DNA of 60,219 bases from an uncultured Candidatus Saccharibacteria bacterium (GCA_964400155.1 CAYNSQ010000004.1:1-60219), one strand, 5' to 3'. Shown: positions 1-10,361, numbered from the stretch's first letter. Notes: a model not told the origin generated them from the sequence alone. Numbers and translations are program-made.

Positions 1-54
1 ACTGGGGACACAAGGCTCTTCAGGCCTCTGCTCTACCAACTGAGCTAAAGAGCC
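1..54 (-). tRNA. tRNA-Phe(GAA), 3' end cut off by the window edge
   Basis: Reverse complement reads GGCTCTTTAGCTCAGTTGGTAGAGCA-GAGGC-CTGAAGA-GCCTT; normal D arm, GAA anticodon. Confidence 0.95.
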
Positions 55-57
55 AAC

Positions 58-134
58 TGGTGCGGGTGAGGGGACTCTAACCCCTGGCCTCTTCCTTGGC
101 AAGGAAGCGCTCTAAACAACTGAGCTACACCCGC
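58..134 (-). tRNA. tRNA-Gly(GCC) with U19, A56 and A73
   Basis: Full cloverleaf: acceptor GCGGGTG/CACCCGC, anticodon arm CTTCC-TTGCCAA-GGAAG, T arm AGGGG-TTAGAGT-CCCCT, encoded ACCA. Confidence 0.95.
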
Positions 135-359
135 TCGCAACAGTAGTAAAGTATACCAAAACAGATTAAATTACTCAACCAAGAATATGTATCATCAAAA
201 CAAAACAAAAGCCTAGTAAATACGGCTGTTTACACTGTGAAAATCAAATGTTGGGTTTATACCGTGGAATCAGTTAAAATTGTAAGTAGATTCGGAGACA
301 GCCTAGATAGGGTGCCCCAAATTAATGGGTTAATTAATAAACTCCGAGGGGAGAATAAA

Positions 360-611
360 ATGCTTGGTTGGGGAATTTTGGGAATAATTGCTTGGTTAAT
401 AATTGCCATTTGGCCGGCAAGAGTTGCGTCTAACAAAGGCCATAATTTTTTGGGTTGGTTTATAATCAGTGCTTTCTTTTGGTGGATATCACTCTTTTGG
501 GTCTACTTTGGCATGAAAGATCTAACAAAAACAGCAAAAGATATTGCTGATGACAAAGCAGTCGAAGAAGAGCTGGACAGAGAAGAAAAAGCCGGCAAAA
601 GTAAGGGCTAG
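360..611 (+). CDS. Small hypothetical membrane protein (2 TM helices, charged tail)
   Basis: ORF opens at 237, but ATG 360 follows a GGGGAG SD-like site; hydrophobic Trp-rich segments then an acidic/basic tail. Confidence 0.7.
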   Translation: MLGWGILGIIAWLIIAIWPARVASNKGHNFLGWFIISAFFWWISLFWVYFGMKDLTKTAKDIADDKAVEEELDREEKAGKSKG

Positions 612-802
612 TTATTCTTTACTGGTTTTAGATAGCTTTAAGCTATTAGGATAATCTTTAGAAAATGGCTATGTTCATATCTGAAGACATTTCAGAGTAA
701 TCTTTTAGTATATTATTTCATTTTTTTAACGTTTAGTAAATTGTAATAGGTGTAAAATTAGCCTTATCTTGGTAAAATAACTAAGTCAATTCTAGACAAT
801 AA

Positions 803-876
803 GGCGCGTTGGCCGAGGAGTTAGGCAAAGGTCTGCAAAACCTTGTACACGAGTGCGAATCTCGTACGCGCCTCCA
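803..876 (+). tRNA. tRNA-Cys(GCA) with A18 and G55
   Basis: Acceptor GGCGCGT/ACGCGCC, anticodon arm AAGGT-CTGCAAA-ACCTT, T-loop TGCGAAT, TCCA end. Confidence 0.95.
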
Positions 877-881
877 CACCC

Positions 882-966
882 GGGCGGGTGGCGGAATTGG
901 TATACGCTGCGGACTTAAAATCCGTTGCCGCAAGGCTTGAGGGTTCGAGTCCCTCCCCGCCCACCA
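882..966 (+). tRNA. tRNA-Leu(TAA)
   Basis: Acceptor GGGCGGG/CCCGCCC, anticodon loop CTTAAAA, long variable arm GCCGCAAGGC, GGTTCGAGTCC, ACCA. Confidence 0.96.
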
Positions 967-1127
967 TCGCAAAACACGACATTGTGGACAGAATCCAAGT
1001 CATAGCATAGGCTCCGACTTGGATTCTTGTCTTTGCAGTCAACTTTGCTCCTTCCGTTTTATGCAACTCCGCGTAAAACGGGATAGGCGCACCAACTCAG
1101 AGACAGAGCGTCATTCTAATTTTATTT

Positions 1128-2918
1128 TTATTTACGAACTAGTCTGATTGTCCATTCGTTGACATTGGAATAACGATCGGTTGGAACAATTAAAACTTTC
1201 TTTTGATAATTATGAATTGGACCACGAGAAATATATAGATAAGTTGGCTGATAGATTGCTAAGGCGGGAGCATCTTGTACCCAAGTACTTACAAAGGATT
1301 GATACTTAACTGCCCGTATAGCCGGGTCAGACCTGGTTCTGGCTGATTCCAGAGCTTGGTCGGCTACTTTTGACTTGTATTCACTCAGATTTAGCCGTCC
1401 TAATGACGTAGTGCTAGCCTGGGTACTATCCCAATATGCATAGACATCCGGGTCAGTGCCAACACTAATACCATGAATTAAGATGTCATAGTTATGAGTT
1501 GCAATATTGTCGCTCTGTATATCTGAAGGATTGCTGTATGTAACGATAGTTTTTACTCCAATATCTGCCCATTTCTTTTGTAAATACTTAGCCACAACTG
1601 TGTAGTTACCCGTATTTTGTGCAACTAGTGAAAATTCTAAAGGTTGTCCAGCCTTGCTACGCATACCATCAGCTCCACGTGTATAGCCAGCAGCATCAAG
1701 AAGTTGATTGGCAGTTTCTGGATCATACTCTGCCTGAGCATAGCCGCCATCATAGCCTAATTGAAAATCTAAAAGCGGAGAACGCACCCTCCCAGCTACA
1801 TTTTGCAACTCTCCAACTAACTCTTTAGTATTGACAGCCTGGACTAGAGCTTTACGAACACTCACATCGTTGAGTCCATTACGTGAATTGTTGAAAAACG
1901 CCATAACTTGACTAGTTAGAGGTGTTGAATAGACTACCGTAGTGGTTTCTTCAGATATATCTTCGGGAATATCGTTAAGACCGCTTATGGCATTTATATT
2001 TTTATCCTTGTAGGCTTTTATTAATTTGTTTTCGTCAGAAAAAGTAGTAAAACTAAAACCATCCAACTTTGGTTCACCCGCCCAATACTTTTCAAAGGGT
2101 GCAAGAGTTATGTGCTGTTCCAGTCCACTAGCAGGAGACCCATCAACCTGTACAAACTTCCATACGAATGGTCCTGTGCCAATAGGGGAAGTGTTAAATT
2201 GAGCACTACGCATTTGTCGAGGTTCGATTTTGTTTAAGATATGCTCAGGTACAATTCCATTCGTCAAAGAGAAAGGAAAAGCTGCTAAAGGGTTTGGCAA
2301 TTTAAAGTTAATCGTATAATCATCAATTTTTGAAACTACAATGTCTTGCCAACTGCTATAAAGCGGGGACTGCGCCGAACCGTTTTGAATAGTTCGATAG
2401 GTAAAAACAACATCGTCAGCAGTAAAGGGTTGGCCATCGTGCCAAACAATTCCGGGTTTTAGACTAACAATATAATTTTTTTCAGTATTATCTATTTTTA
2501 TTGTACGGGCAAGGTCGCCGACCAGCTGGCCAGAACTGTCGTACTTGAAGAGTCCTGAGAATACAACTCTACTTACGGCTTGATTGGCGGTACCGGTTGC
2601 ATAAAGTGGGCTGGCATTGGTAAATGTTCCTACTAACCCTTCAGAAAAAACTCCACCGGCTGCTGGTTGTGTGGTTTGATAATACCTACCTAGTCCGCGT
2701 ACTTGGATAATAGTGCTAAAAATCAACAAAACAAAAAAGCCAGTCCAAAGAAATACAAACCTTCTAACAAACACCAACCTGTCAAACCTTCGAATCAGTA
2801 GTTTTTCTATTTGAGTGTCTGCCTGCTGACCTATTTCTTGAGCGTCTTTCTTGCGACGTCGAACAATAGAACGAAGACGACGTTTAGTTTCTTCGCTTGG
2901 TAAAAATTTTGCCACCAC
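1128..2918 (-). CDS. ABC transporter peptide/nickel substrate-binding protein (OppA/DppA, family 5) with an N-terminal TM anchor
   Basis: Family 5 motifs LFKYD...GDLA, WHDGQPFTADDVVFTY and PIGTGPF; TM helix near residues 50-70. Confidence 0.85.
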   Translation of the reverse strand: MVAKFLPSEETKRRLRSIVRRRKKDAQEIGQQADTQIEKLLIRRFDRLVFVRRFVFLWTGFFVLLIFSTIIQVRGLGRYYQTTQPAAGGVFSEGLVGTFTNASPLYATGTANQAVSRVVFSGLFKYDSSGQLVGDLARTIKIDNTEKNYIVSLKPGIVWHDGQPFTADDVVFTYRTIQNGSAQSPLYSSWQDIVVSKIDDYTINFKLPNPLAAFPFSLTNGIVPEHILNKIEPRQMRSAQFNTSPIGTGPFVWKFVQVDGSPASGLEQHITLAPFEKYWAGEPKLDGFSFTTFSDENKLIKAYKDKNINAISGLNDIPEDISEETTTVVYSTPLTSQVMAFFNNSRNGLNDVSVRKALVQAVNTKELVGELQNVAGRVRSPLLDFQLGYDGGYAQAEYDPETANQLLDAAGYTRGADGMRSKAGQPLEFSLVAQNTGNYTVVAKYLQKKWADIGVKTIVTYSNPSDIQSDNIATHNYDILIHGISVGTDPDVYAYWDSTQASTTSLGRLNLSEYKSKVADQALESARTRSDPAIRAVKYQSFVSTWVQDAPALAIYQPTYLYISRGPIHNYQKKVLIVPTDRYSNVNEWTIRLVRK

Positions 2919-2955
2919 GTTATTATTGTTTCAAATTATTTAAATTTATATTAAA

Positions 2956-3174
2956 TTAACCCGCAACTAGTCCAAGTATGATGCTAGAAGCGAAGATAAA
3001 AACTAATATTATTGTTAATTGGTGAAGCGTCTTGTCAGAACCACGGCGGACAGTGTTAACTTCACCGCCTCCACCCAACCCTGCTCCAAGACTAGCCCCC
3101 CTGGTCTGAATTAGAATCAGAATTACAAGTAGTACGGACGAACCTAAAGTGATATAACTCCAAATATTCAACAC
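2956..3174 (-). CDS. secG: Preprotein translocase subunit SecG
   Basis: 72 aa, two TM helices flanking ILIQTRGASLGAGLGGGG...RRG. Confidence 0.9.
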   Translation of the reverse strand: MLNIWSYITLGSSVLLVILILIQTRGASLGAGLGGGGEVNTVRRGSDKTLHQLTIILVFIFASSIILGLVAG

Positions 3175-3297
3175 TTACTCCTTTCAGTCATTACCGTTAT
3201 CAATTTATTAGTGTCTTTAGCAGGAAAAATGAGTGATTCATTAACACATTGTGTATTTTTACATTCATTGAGCATTGAGCCTTGAACATTCGTTTCT

Positions 3298-3672
3298 TCA
3301 TTTCAGGTCCTCCAAAACCCTGCTTACCAGATAGTTTACCAATCCTACTATCACTCCTGCAACTATCGCCACTATAAAACTTGATACATAAATTTGATCA
3401 TACAGCCATGACGCTATCAATATAATTGCACCATTGACCACTAACATGAAAAATCCAAGTGTAAGAATAATTGCCGGGAAGGAAACAATAACCAAAATCG
3501 GTTTCAGAAACATATTAATAAGCGCCAACACTAAACCGGCTATCACCAGTGTTTTCCAATCACCACCAATACTGAACCGGTTTTCACCTAGTATTCCAGC
3601 AGCTATCCATAACCCAAGGCCGCAAGCTAACCACCTAACCGCTAATTTGGTTAGAATTTGCCGTATATTCAC
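3298..3672 (-). CDS. 4-TM phage-holin-superfamily membrane protein (YvlD/DUF360-like)
   Basis: LINMFLKPILVIVSFPAIILTLGFFMLVVNG signature. Confidence 0.8.
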   Translation of the reverse strand: MNIRQILTKLAVRWLACGLGLWIAAGILGENRFSIGGDWKTLVIAGLVLALINMFLKPILVIVSFPAIILTLGFFMLVVNGAIILIASWLYDQIYVSSFIVAIVAGVIVGLVNYLVSRVLEDLK

Positions 3673-5192
3673 CTATCTATTGTACCAGTTATGTTATCTG
3701 AAGCTCTGGCAAGCTGCAGATATATACTTTGTCCTCTTTTTTTGCCAAGTAAATCTTGAAATTCTTCCAACGAGGCTTTTTTTGCAGAGTTAACTGAACC
3801 AAAATGTTTTATTATTTTTTTCTTTGTAGCCGGTCCAATTCCATTTACTTCATCTAGTGTTGATGTTGTTTGTCGGCTACGCTTTAAGCTAGTATGGTAA
3901 CTTACGGCAAAACGGTGACTTTCGTCACGAATACGTTGTAGAAGCTTAACCGCAGGTGATGAATGAGGCAAGCAAATAGTGATAAAGTCTTCACTTTTTT
4001 TTATATAGCCATCAATCGACTTGGCATAGTCAATATTTGGGCTATAAGTACTTCCGGAAAAGAAGATTATCTCCTCTTCCCTCTTTGCCAGGCCTATCAT
4101 AGCAATATCGTTTATCCCAGATTTGCTCAAGATATTATAAGCAGCCGCTAACTGGCCTTTTCCGCCGTCTATCAAGACAAGCTCAGGCAAAGGCCATTTG
4201 ATTTGGTTTTTCAAACTAAATCTCCTTGTAATTGCTTCTGCCATATGTGCAAAATCATCATTGCCTGAAATGCGCATTTTAAATTTTCGGTAAGCAGTTT
4301 TTTCCGGAATACCGCTTGCAAAGACTACCATTGAAGCAACTGTATCGGTGCCTTGGTGGTGGCTTATGTCAAACCCTTCAATTCTCAACAAAGGTTTGTC
4401 TAGCCCTATTAGTTTGCCTAGTTGTTCCAGAGCTAAGTCTTTGCCAGCATCTTGTAACTCATGATCACCAAACAATATTTGTTTACTTAAAGATCGAAGT
4501 GCAAAAAGCTGATTTCGTAATTTGGCAGCAGTCTCAAAATCTTTGACCCTAGACGCATTCTTCATATCTTTTTCAATTTGGTTAATTAAAGCAACGCGAT
4601 TGCCTTTTAAATATTGAATTAGTTTCTTTAAATTCGAACGGTAATCAGCAAGACTGGTACGGCCATCCTCCAGACCAGGGTCCATCCCTAAATGATAATG
4701 AAGACTGGCTCGTTTTTGTCCCGGCATCTTAGATGTTGAGTATGGAAAAGCTCGTCTAAGGTAGCGCAAGCTTTTTTTTAGCGCAAAACCATTAAGATAT
4801 GGACCGAAATATTCCGCTCCATCGTCTAGCGGTCTACGGATAACTGTAACTGTTGGGTGGTTGGATTTAATATCGATTCTGACATATTGAAGGCTTTTAT
4901 CATCACGAAGTAAAATATTATAGTTAGGCAAATACCTACGGACTAACTCGGCCTCAACAAATAGTGCATCAACTTCGCTTTCCAGTTCGGTCCAATCAAC
5001 ATCATCTATCTCACTAACTAGCTGCTGTGTTTTTGGGTCGCGGTAGCGACTAGCTTGAAAGTACTGTCTTACTCTATTGCGTAAATTTGCTGCTTTACCG
5101 ATATATATAATTTCACCCTTGGCGTTTTTATGAAAATATACTCCGGGTGATGATGGCAGACCGGCTAACTTGTCTTGTAGCTTTTTATTCAT
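3669..5192 (-). CDS. uvrC: Excinuclease ABC subunit C
   Basis: N-terminal GIY-YIG (PGVY...IYIGKAANLRNRV), RNase H-like IEGFDISH and DGGKGQ, RDESHRFA, HhH tail. Confidence 0.95.
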   Translation of the reverse strand: MNKKLQDKLAGLPSSPGVYFHKNAKGEIIYIGKAANLRNRVRQYFQASRYRDPKTQQLVSEIDDVDWTELESEVDALFVEAELVRRYLPNYNILLRDDKSLQYVRIDIKSNHPTVTVIRRPLDDGAEYFGPYLNGFALKKSLRYLRRAFPYSTSKMPGQKRASLHYHLGMDPGLEDGRTSLADYRSNLKKLIQYLKGNRVALINQIEKDMKNASRVKDFETAAKLRNQLFALRSLSKQILFGDHELQDAGKDLALEQLGKLIGLDKPLLRIEGFDISHHQGTDTVASMVVFASGIPEKTAYRKFKMRISGNDDFAHMAEAITRRFSLKNQIKWPLPELVLIDGGKGQLAAAYNILSKSGINDIAMIGLAKREEEIIFFSGSTYSPNIDYAKSIDGYIKKSEDFITICLPHSSPAVKLLQRIRDESHRFAVSYHTSLKRSRQTTSTLDEVNGIGPATKKKIIKHFGSVNSAKKASLEEFQDLLGKKRGQSIYLQLARASDNITGTIDR

Positions 5193-5207
5193 TAAGTAAC
5201 CTAGCGA

Positions 5208-6089
5208 TTATTTTGCTAAAACTTGCTGGTGGTTAATACAAAACGTTTTTTCACGAGCACATTTTTCACAAGCCAGAATTAGGTCGTTACATGATACTTC
5301 AGCACAATTTTCAAAGTTAGAGGTTATTGCTCCGCATAGACTGCATTCGCCAATATCTTTAGCTTTATCAGAAAAACCAAGACTCATCCTTTTATCAAAA
5401 ACGTACAACTTACCTTCCCAAAGGCCGTCATCTTTGTATTCTTCACCATACTTAACAATACCGCCATCAATTTGGTAGACTTCTTTAAAACCACGGTTTT
5501 TCATCAATGCCGAAAGAATTTCGCAACGAATTCCGCCCGTACAGTACGTAACTACAGGCTTGTCTTTAAGTTTTTGCATTTCAGGTTTTTCAAGTTCATT
5601 TATAAAATCTTTAGTTGTTCTGGTGTTTGGAACAACAGCATTTTTGAATTTACCTATTTTCGCTTCATATGCATTTCTGCCATCCATAAAGACAACATCG
5701 TCACCACGAGCTTTAACTAGTTCATGTATTTCTTTAGGTTTTAAGTGTTTCCCACCACCAACTACTCCTTCTGCTTTTACCTTAAGTTCGTCAGGTACCC
5801 CAAAGGTAACAATTTCTTCACGCACTTTTACACTGAGTCTAGGAAAATCACTCGCTCCGCCATCACTCCATTTCCAAGTAATTCCCCCAAACTTGCTATG
5901 GCTTTTCATTGCCCGTGTGTAGAGTTTTAAATTTTCCAGTTTTCCACCTAAAGTACCATTAATTCCATGGCGACTAATCAAAATGCGGCCGGTTAAGCCA
6001 AGTTTTTCGCATAGTGCTTTTTGCCAAACCATAACTGTCTCGGTATCTTCTATGGGCACAAACTTGTAATAAAGAATTATTTTTTCCAT
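5208..6089 (-). CDS. trhO: Rhodanese-domain tRNA uridine(34) hydroxylase (UPF0176)
   Basis: [45 protein letters not shown] motifs. Confidence 0.88.
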   Translation of the reverse strand: MEKIILYYKFVPIEDTETVMVWQKALCEKLGLTGRILISRHGINGTLGGKLENLKLYTRAMKSHSKFGGITWKWSDGGASDFPRLSVKVREEIVTFGVPDELKVKAEGVVGGGKHLKPKEIHELVKARGDDVVFMDGRNAYEAKIGKFKNAVVPNTRTTKDFINELEKPEMQKLKDKPVVTYCTGGIRCEILSALMKNRGFKEVYQIDGGIVKYGEEYKDDGLWEGKLYVFDKRMSLGFSDKAKDIGECSLCGAITSNFENCAEVSCNDLILACEKCAREKTFCINHQQVLAK

Positions 6090-6252
6090 CTCTGTTAATT
6101 ATAGCAAATTTTTACAAATTGCTTGTTTTGTTGTCTTTAACCCGCTATAGTTTTTATTAAATACGTGGACGAACGGACGTGCCGTTCCGCTGACGAAACA
6201 AAAAAGGATTTAATATCTGCTAACCAACGCCGCTCAATGGGAGGACGAGCGT

Positions 6253-8034
6253 ATGTCTAAGAGTCCATCTATTACTTTACAAACAATCCGGTTATTTACT
6301 TCGCATGCACTTGATTACAAGCGCTATCTTTTCCCTTTGCTAATCGGTATTCCAATTACCGTGCTCATCATGGATTTTCTAGAGCCATACATCCTGTCCC
6401 TAGTGTTAGAAAAAATCAGTACTGGTAACTACGACTCTTCTGATTTATGGGCGAGTTTTGGGGGTTACATTATTGTGTACATTATTGCAAATTTAGCTAG
6501 TGGCGTTGCCGGCTGGAGGATAAATGTCTGGTTAGTTTGGAATTTGGAGTTGGCAGTAAGCCGCGATATGGCGAGAAAAATCTTTGACCACCTAATCAAA
6601 ATGAGTCCCAATTTTCATTCAAACCGTTTTGCAGGATCCTTAGTCTCACAGGCAAACAAACTTACGGGTGCATATGTGCGATTTGCCGATTCTACCTTTT
6701 TTAGCCTTTATACGCTTATTATTGGTGTAACAGCAACTGTTGCTATCCTAGCCCCGAGAGTTCCAATATATGCCGCAGCTTTGGTTGGTTTTACTATAGT
6801 CTTTATTTTGGGTGCAATATATTTTTCAAAACCAGTGCGAGAAGCTAACACTAGGGAGTCTGAACAACAAAGTCGTCAAACCGGTAATTTAGCCGATAGT
6901 CTTACAAACGTAATGGCTATAAAGAGTTTTTCTGCTGAAAAGTACGAAAATAATCGTTACTATGAAACCACTACTAAAACTCGCCTGTTAGGTTTGCGAT
7001 CTATCCGCTCAACTACCATTCGTGAAACCTATTCAAGCATTGTTACGTCTAGCCTAGGAATAGCAGCCTTGCTAATTGCTGTATTTGGTGCACAACAGTT
7101 CAATACCGACATTGCCACGTTATTCTTGATAGTCACCTACACCGGACGAATTGGCGAGAGACTTTGGGAATTTCAAAACGTACTGCGCAATTACAACCGT
7201 GCCTTTGGTGATGCCAGTGATATGGTGAAAATTCTGGCAATTGAACCTGAGATCAAAGACCCTAAAAATCCTGAAAAATCTTTGATGAAAAAGGGTCATA
7301 TAGTTTTTGAGGATGTAGTATTTACACATGACGAAAAAGATAATGCTCTTTTTGAAAAAATTAACATTAATGTTAAATCAGGTGAAAAAATAGGTCTAGT
7401 AGGACACTCCGGTTCTGGTAAAACAACATTCACTAGATTGCTACTTCGTTTTTCAGATATTGATGACGGAAAAATTTCAATAGACAGTCAAGACATTCGC
7501 AATGTTAAACAATCCGAACTTCGAAAAGCAATAACCTATGTTCCGCAAGAGCCATTATTGTTTCATCGAAGTATCGCGGAAAACATTTCCTATGGTAAGG
7601 AAAACGCAAGTGATTCTGAAATAATTAAAGCTTCCAAGTTAGCCCATGCACACGAATTTGTGAAAGAATTACCTCAAGGTTATGAAACACTTGTAGGAGA
7701 ACGAGGGGTTAAATTATCAGGTGGACAAAGGCAACGCATAGCTATTGCTAGAGCTATGATAAAAAACGCTCCTATACTTGTGCTTGATGAAGCAACTAGT
7801 GCCTTGGACAGTGAATCAGAAAGGCTGATTCAAGATGCTTTATGGAAACTAATGGAAGGCCGAACTGCAATTGTAATTGCACACCGGTTAAGTACGGTTC
7901 AAAGAATGGACCGGATTATTGTTCTTAAAGAAGGTAAGATTGTCGAAGAAGGTTCACACAAAGAACTACTTAAGAATAATGGTGTATACGCTGGCCTATG
8001 GGCTCACCAGTCTGGTGGTTTCTTAGAAGACTAA
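6253..8034 (+). CDS. ABC exporter, fused TMD and NBD
   Basis: Six TM helices, Walker A GHSGSGKT, signature LSGGQRQR, Walker B LVLDEATSALD, H-loop IAHRLST. Confidence 0.93.
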   Translation: MSKSPSITLQTIRLFTSHALDYKRYLFPLLIGIPITVLIMDFLEPYILSLVLEKISTGNYDSSDLWASFGGYIIVYIIANLASGVAGWRINVWLVWNLELAVSRDMARKIFDHLIKMSPNFHSNRFAGSLVSQANKLTGAYVRFADSTFFSLYTLIIGVTATVAILAPRVPIYAAALVGFTIVFILGAIYFSKPVREANTRESEQQSRQTGNLADSLTNVMAIKSFSAEKYENNRYYETTTKTRLLGLRSIRSTTIRETYSSIVTSSLGIAALLIAVFGAQQFNTDIATLFLIVTYTGRIGERLWEFQNVLRNYNRAFGDASDMVKILAIEPEIKDPKNPEKSLMKKGHIVFEDVVFTHDEKDNALFEKININVKSGEKIGLVGHSGSGKTTFTRLLLRFSDIDDGKISIDSQDIRNVKQSELRKAITYVPQEPLLFHRSIAENISYGKENASDSEIIKASKLAHAHEFVKELPQGYETLVGERGVKLSGGQRQRIAIARAMIKNAPILVLDEATSALDSESERLIQDALWKLMEGRTAIVIAHRLSTVQRMDRIIVLKEGKIVEEGSHKELLKNNGVYAGLWAHQSGGFLED

Positions 8035-8037
8035 ATG

Positions 8038-9231
8038 CTAGTAGATGTACCAGAACTTATTGGCTTGGTCGGGTGCAAGTAACCTATAACTAATTCGTCC
8101 CCATCCGCCTGCACCTCCACTGGAGGTATCCATACTGGCATAGCCATGAGAGTTCATATCTGACACCCAAACACTACCATCTTCATTAACTCTTTCTACA
8201 AAACCAACGTGACCATAACATCCACTAGGAGTCCAAATTACAGCACCAGTGGCCGGAGCAGTTCCCACGCTTAACCCAGACTGAGCTGCCAGGCCCTTCC
8301 AGGTACAAGCGTTTCCAAGATTGCTTGGTACCGGACGGCCAATTTGAGCTCGTCTTGTAGCCGCCCACCAGGTACAATAACCGTAATCATAGCCATTGCT
8401 ACCATAAATAGCAGTGCTTCCAAATGCAAAACCGCCTCTAGAAACAGCGCTAAAACGCACAACTGGCGGTGCAACTGTGCCACCAGGCACCCAGACATAG
8501 TCACCAGGAATTAACTTACCACTCTCCGCGTCGTTAACACTGATAAAAAGTGCTTTATCGGCTGTATACTTACTGACAAGCCCATCAATGGTATCAGTTG
8601 CTTTTACTAAATGCACAACACCATTTCCGGGAGGAATAACTAAATTTTTATCTGCTGCCACGGCATCACCCGTTAGGTCATTAGACCATCGAATACTGTT
8701 GGCGTTTAGATTGTATGTTGCAGCAATACTGCTGATTGTATCGCCTGATTTAGTGATATAGCGAACTATGTCCTTTTTTGATTTCTGCGACGTACTAACT
8801 AATTGGGGCTTGGCTACAACAGCATTATCACTTGCGGCTACAGCCAATTGAGCACCTTCAGAGTCGGCTTGATTACGTACAGCTGTCAGTTCGGCTAAAT
8901 TTGTCATTTGCGCAACTTCACGCGCAATCTGGGCAGACGAAAGTTTGTCTAACGGACTAGAAACCGACGATGCAGTAGATACTACACTACTAACAGATCC
9001 ACTTCGGACTGTTTGACTGGCAGAATCACTGTTGATAACAAACAATGCAACTCCAACCAAAAGAAGAATGTTACCAATTATAAGACTATACTTAGTAATT
9101 TTTCGGCGCGTTGAACGGTCTAATTTTTTGTCATCAAAAGGATTAGCTGCGATTATGGTATCCAGCTTTTCCCTGTTGAAAACTTGCTCTTTTTTCTTTA
9201 AGAGTGAGTTCCTAAATTTGGCTAAATTCAT
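8038..9231 (-). CDS. Membrane-anchored LysM x2 plus CHAP peptidoglycan hydrolase
   Basis: N-terminal TM, LysM (YITKSGDTISSIAATY), CHAP Cys (YGYCTWW) and His (YGHVGFVE). Confidence 0.88.
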   Translation of the reverse strand: MNLAKFRNSLLKKKEQVFNREKLDTIIAANPFDDKKLDRSTRRKITKYSLIIGNILLLVGVALFVINSDSASQTVRSGSVSSVVSTASSVSSPLDKLSSAQIAREVAQMTNLAELTAVRNQADSEGAQLAVAASDNAVVAKPQLVSTSQKSKKDIVRYITKSGDTISSIAATYNLNANSIRWSNDLTGDAVAADKNLVIPPGNGVVHLVKATDTIDGLVSKYTADKALFISVNDAESGKLIPGDYVWVPGGTVAPPVVRFSAVSRGGFAFGSTAIYGSNGYDYGYCTWWAATRRAQIGRPVPSNLGNACTWKGLAAQSGLSVGTAPATGAVIWTPSGCYGHVGFVERVNEDGSVWVSDMNSHGYASMDTSSGGAGGWGRISYRLLAPDQANKFWYIY

Positions 9232-9311
9232 ATTAAAAAGCAGGTTAGCTTAGCTGTGTGGCTATAAGTAACCCACCGGTATTATATTATACCAAATTTT
9301 CAAGTTAACAC

Positions 9312-10361
9312 CTATCGACAGGCTTCGCTACAGTACTTGTTGATAGCCTCTTGGTGCTCGGCGGCAGTATAGGTAAAATGTAAAGTTCCATCATCTCCGG
9401 CAACAAAAAAAACGTAATCAGTAGGTGCCGGTTTGGCGACGCTTCGAATGGCACTTGCTGTAAAGTTACCAATTGGGCCTGGAGGCAATCCATTGTATAT
9501 ACGAGTGTTATAGGGAGACTCAATAAATACAGTTGGTTCTTTTCCAGCTATCGCAGAAGCATAAAATGCTGTTACATCAGAACCTAGCATCATTCCCTCT
9601 TTAAATCGTTTCAAAAATACTTGGGCAACCGTAGGTTGATCACGTGGGTCTGAAGTCTCCTGTTCTACAATAGAAGCTAAAATAATTCCCTGATGAACAC
9701 TCAGCCCTTGTGCCCCCAGTCCGCTTATCACATCAGCCGTAAGGTACTTTTGCATTTCTTGTAACGACTGTCTAACAATTGTTTCTGCCGGTGTATCTGA
9801 TTGTTTTTGAAATGAATCCGGATATAAATAGCCTTCTAGGCTAGCACCCGGCGGTAAATTGGCAAGCAGAGGTAAGTCTGCATAAAGTTCGGGGTTGAAT
9901 GCATAATCCACCTGGCTCTGTGTATAGCCTGCAGAGACAAAGGCTTGTTTTATTTGGTCAAGTCTTTTAGCCGGCAAAATTGTGAGCAAATTTTTAGCTA
10001 CATCACCGTTTGAAATCTTGTTTACAATTTCGGGTACATCCATTGAAGGACTCAATATATAGGTGCCGGCCTGTAAATTACTAATTTGGTGTGACCTGAC
10101 ATAGTTCTCAAAAGCTTTAGCACTACGTATCAATCCTGCTTGTTCCAAGCCTTTGGCAATTTCAGCCCTGGTGTCTCCTGCCGAAACTGTGAAGTATTTT
10201 TTTTCCAAAGAAGAACTGACTGGTTGTAAATTCCGGCTATACCAAGTTCTTAGTGCCACAACACCACCTACTAAAAGAACAGCGGTTATGGCCAAAATTA
10301 TTAACCAGGCTTTTTTGGAATTTGGTTTTTTGAGAGTCTTTTTGGTAGGTTTTTTTAACAT
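9312..10361 (-). CDS. mltG: Endolytic transglycosylase MltG
   Basis: LEGYLYPDSF, ILASIVEQE, SPYNTRIYNGLPPGPI, YVFFV. Confidence 0.93.
   Translation of the reverse strand: MLKKPTKKTLKKPNSKKAWLIILAITAVLLVGGVVALRTWYSRNLQPVSSSLEKKYFTVSAGDTRAEIAKGLEQAGLIRSAKAFENYVRSHQISNLQAGTYILSPSMDVPEIVNKISNGDVAKNLLTILPAKRLDQIKQAFVSAGYTQSQVDYAFNPELYADLPLLANLPPGASLEGYLYPDSFQKQSDTPAETIVRQSLQEMQKYLTADVISGLGAQGLSVHQGIILASIVEQETSDPRDQPTVAQVFLKRFKEGMMLGSDVTAFYASAIAGKEPTVFIESPYNTRIYNGLPPGPIGNFTASAIRSVAKPAPTDYVFFVAGDDGTLHFTYTAAEHQEAINKYCSEACR

Noticed and set aside
3298-3672. Holin-family gene as a sign of prophage
   Set aside because: It is a common chromosomal 4-TM family, lies between uvrC and secG, and has no phage neighbours.
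6190-6199. CTGACGAAAC resembling a hammerhead ribozyme core
   Set aside because: CUGANGA and GAAA overlap, leaving no stem II, and no stem I/III with a cleavage triplet is present.
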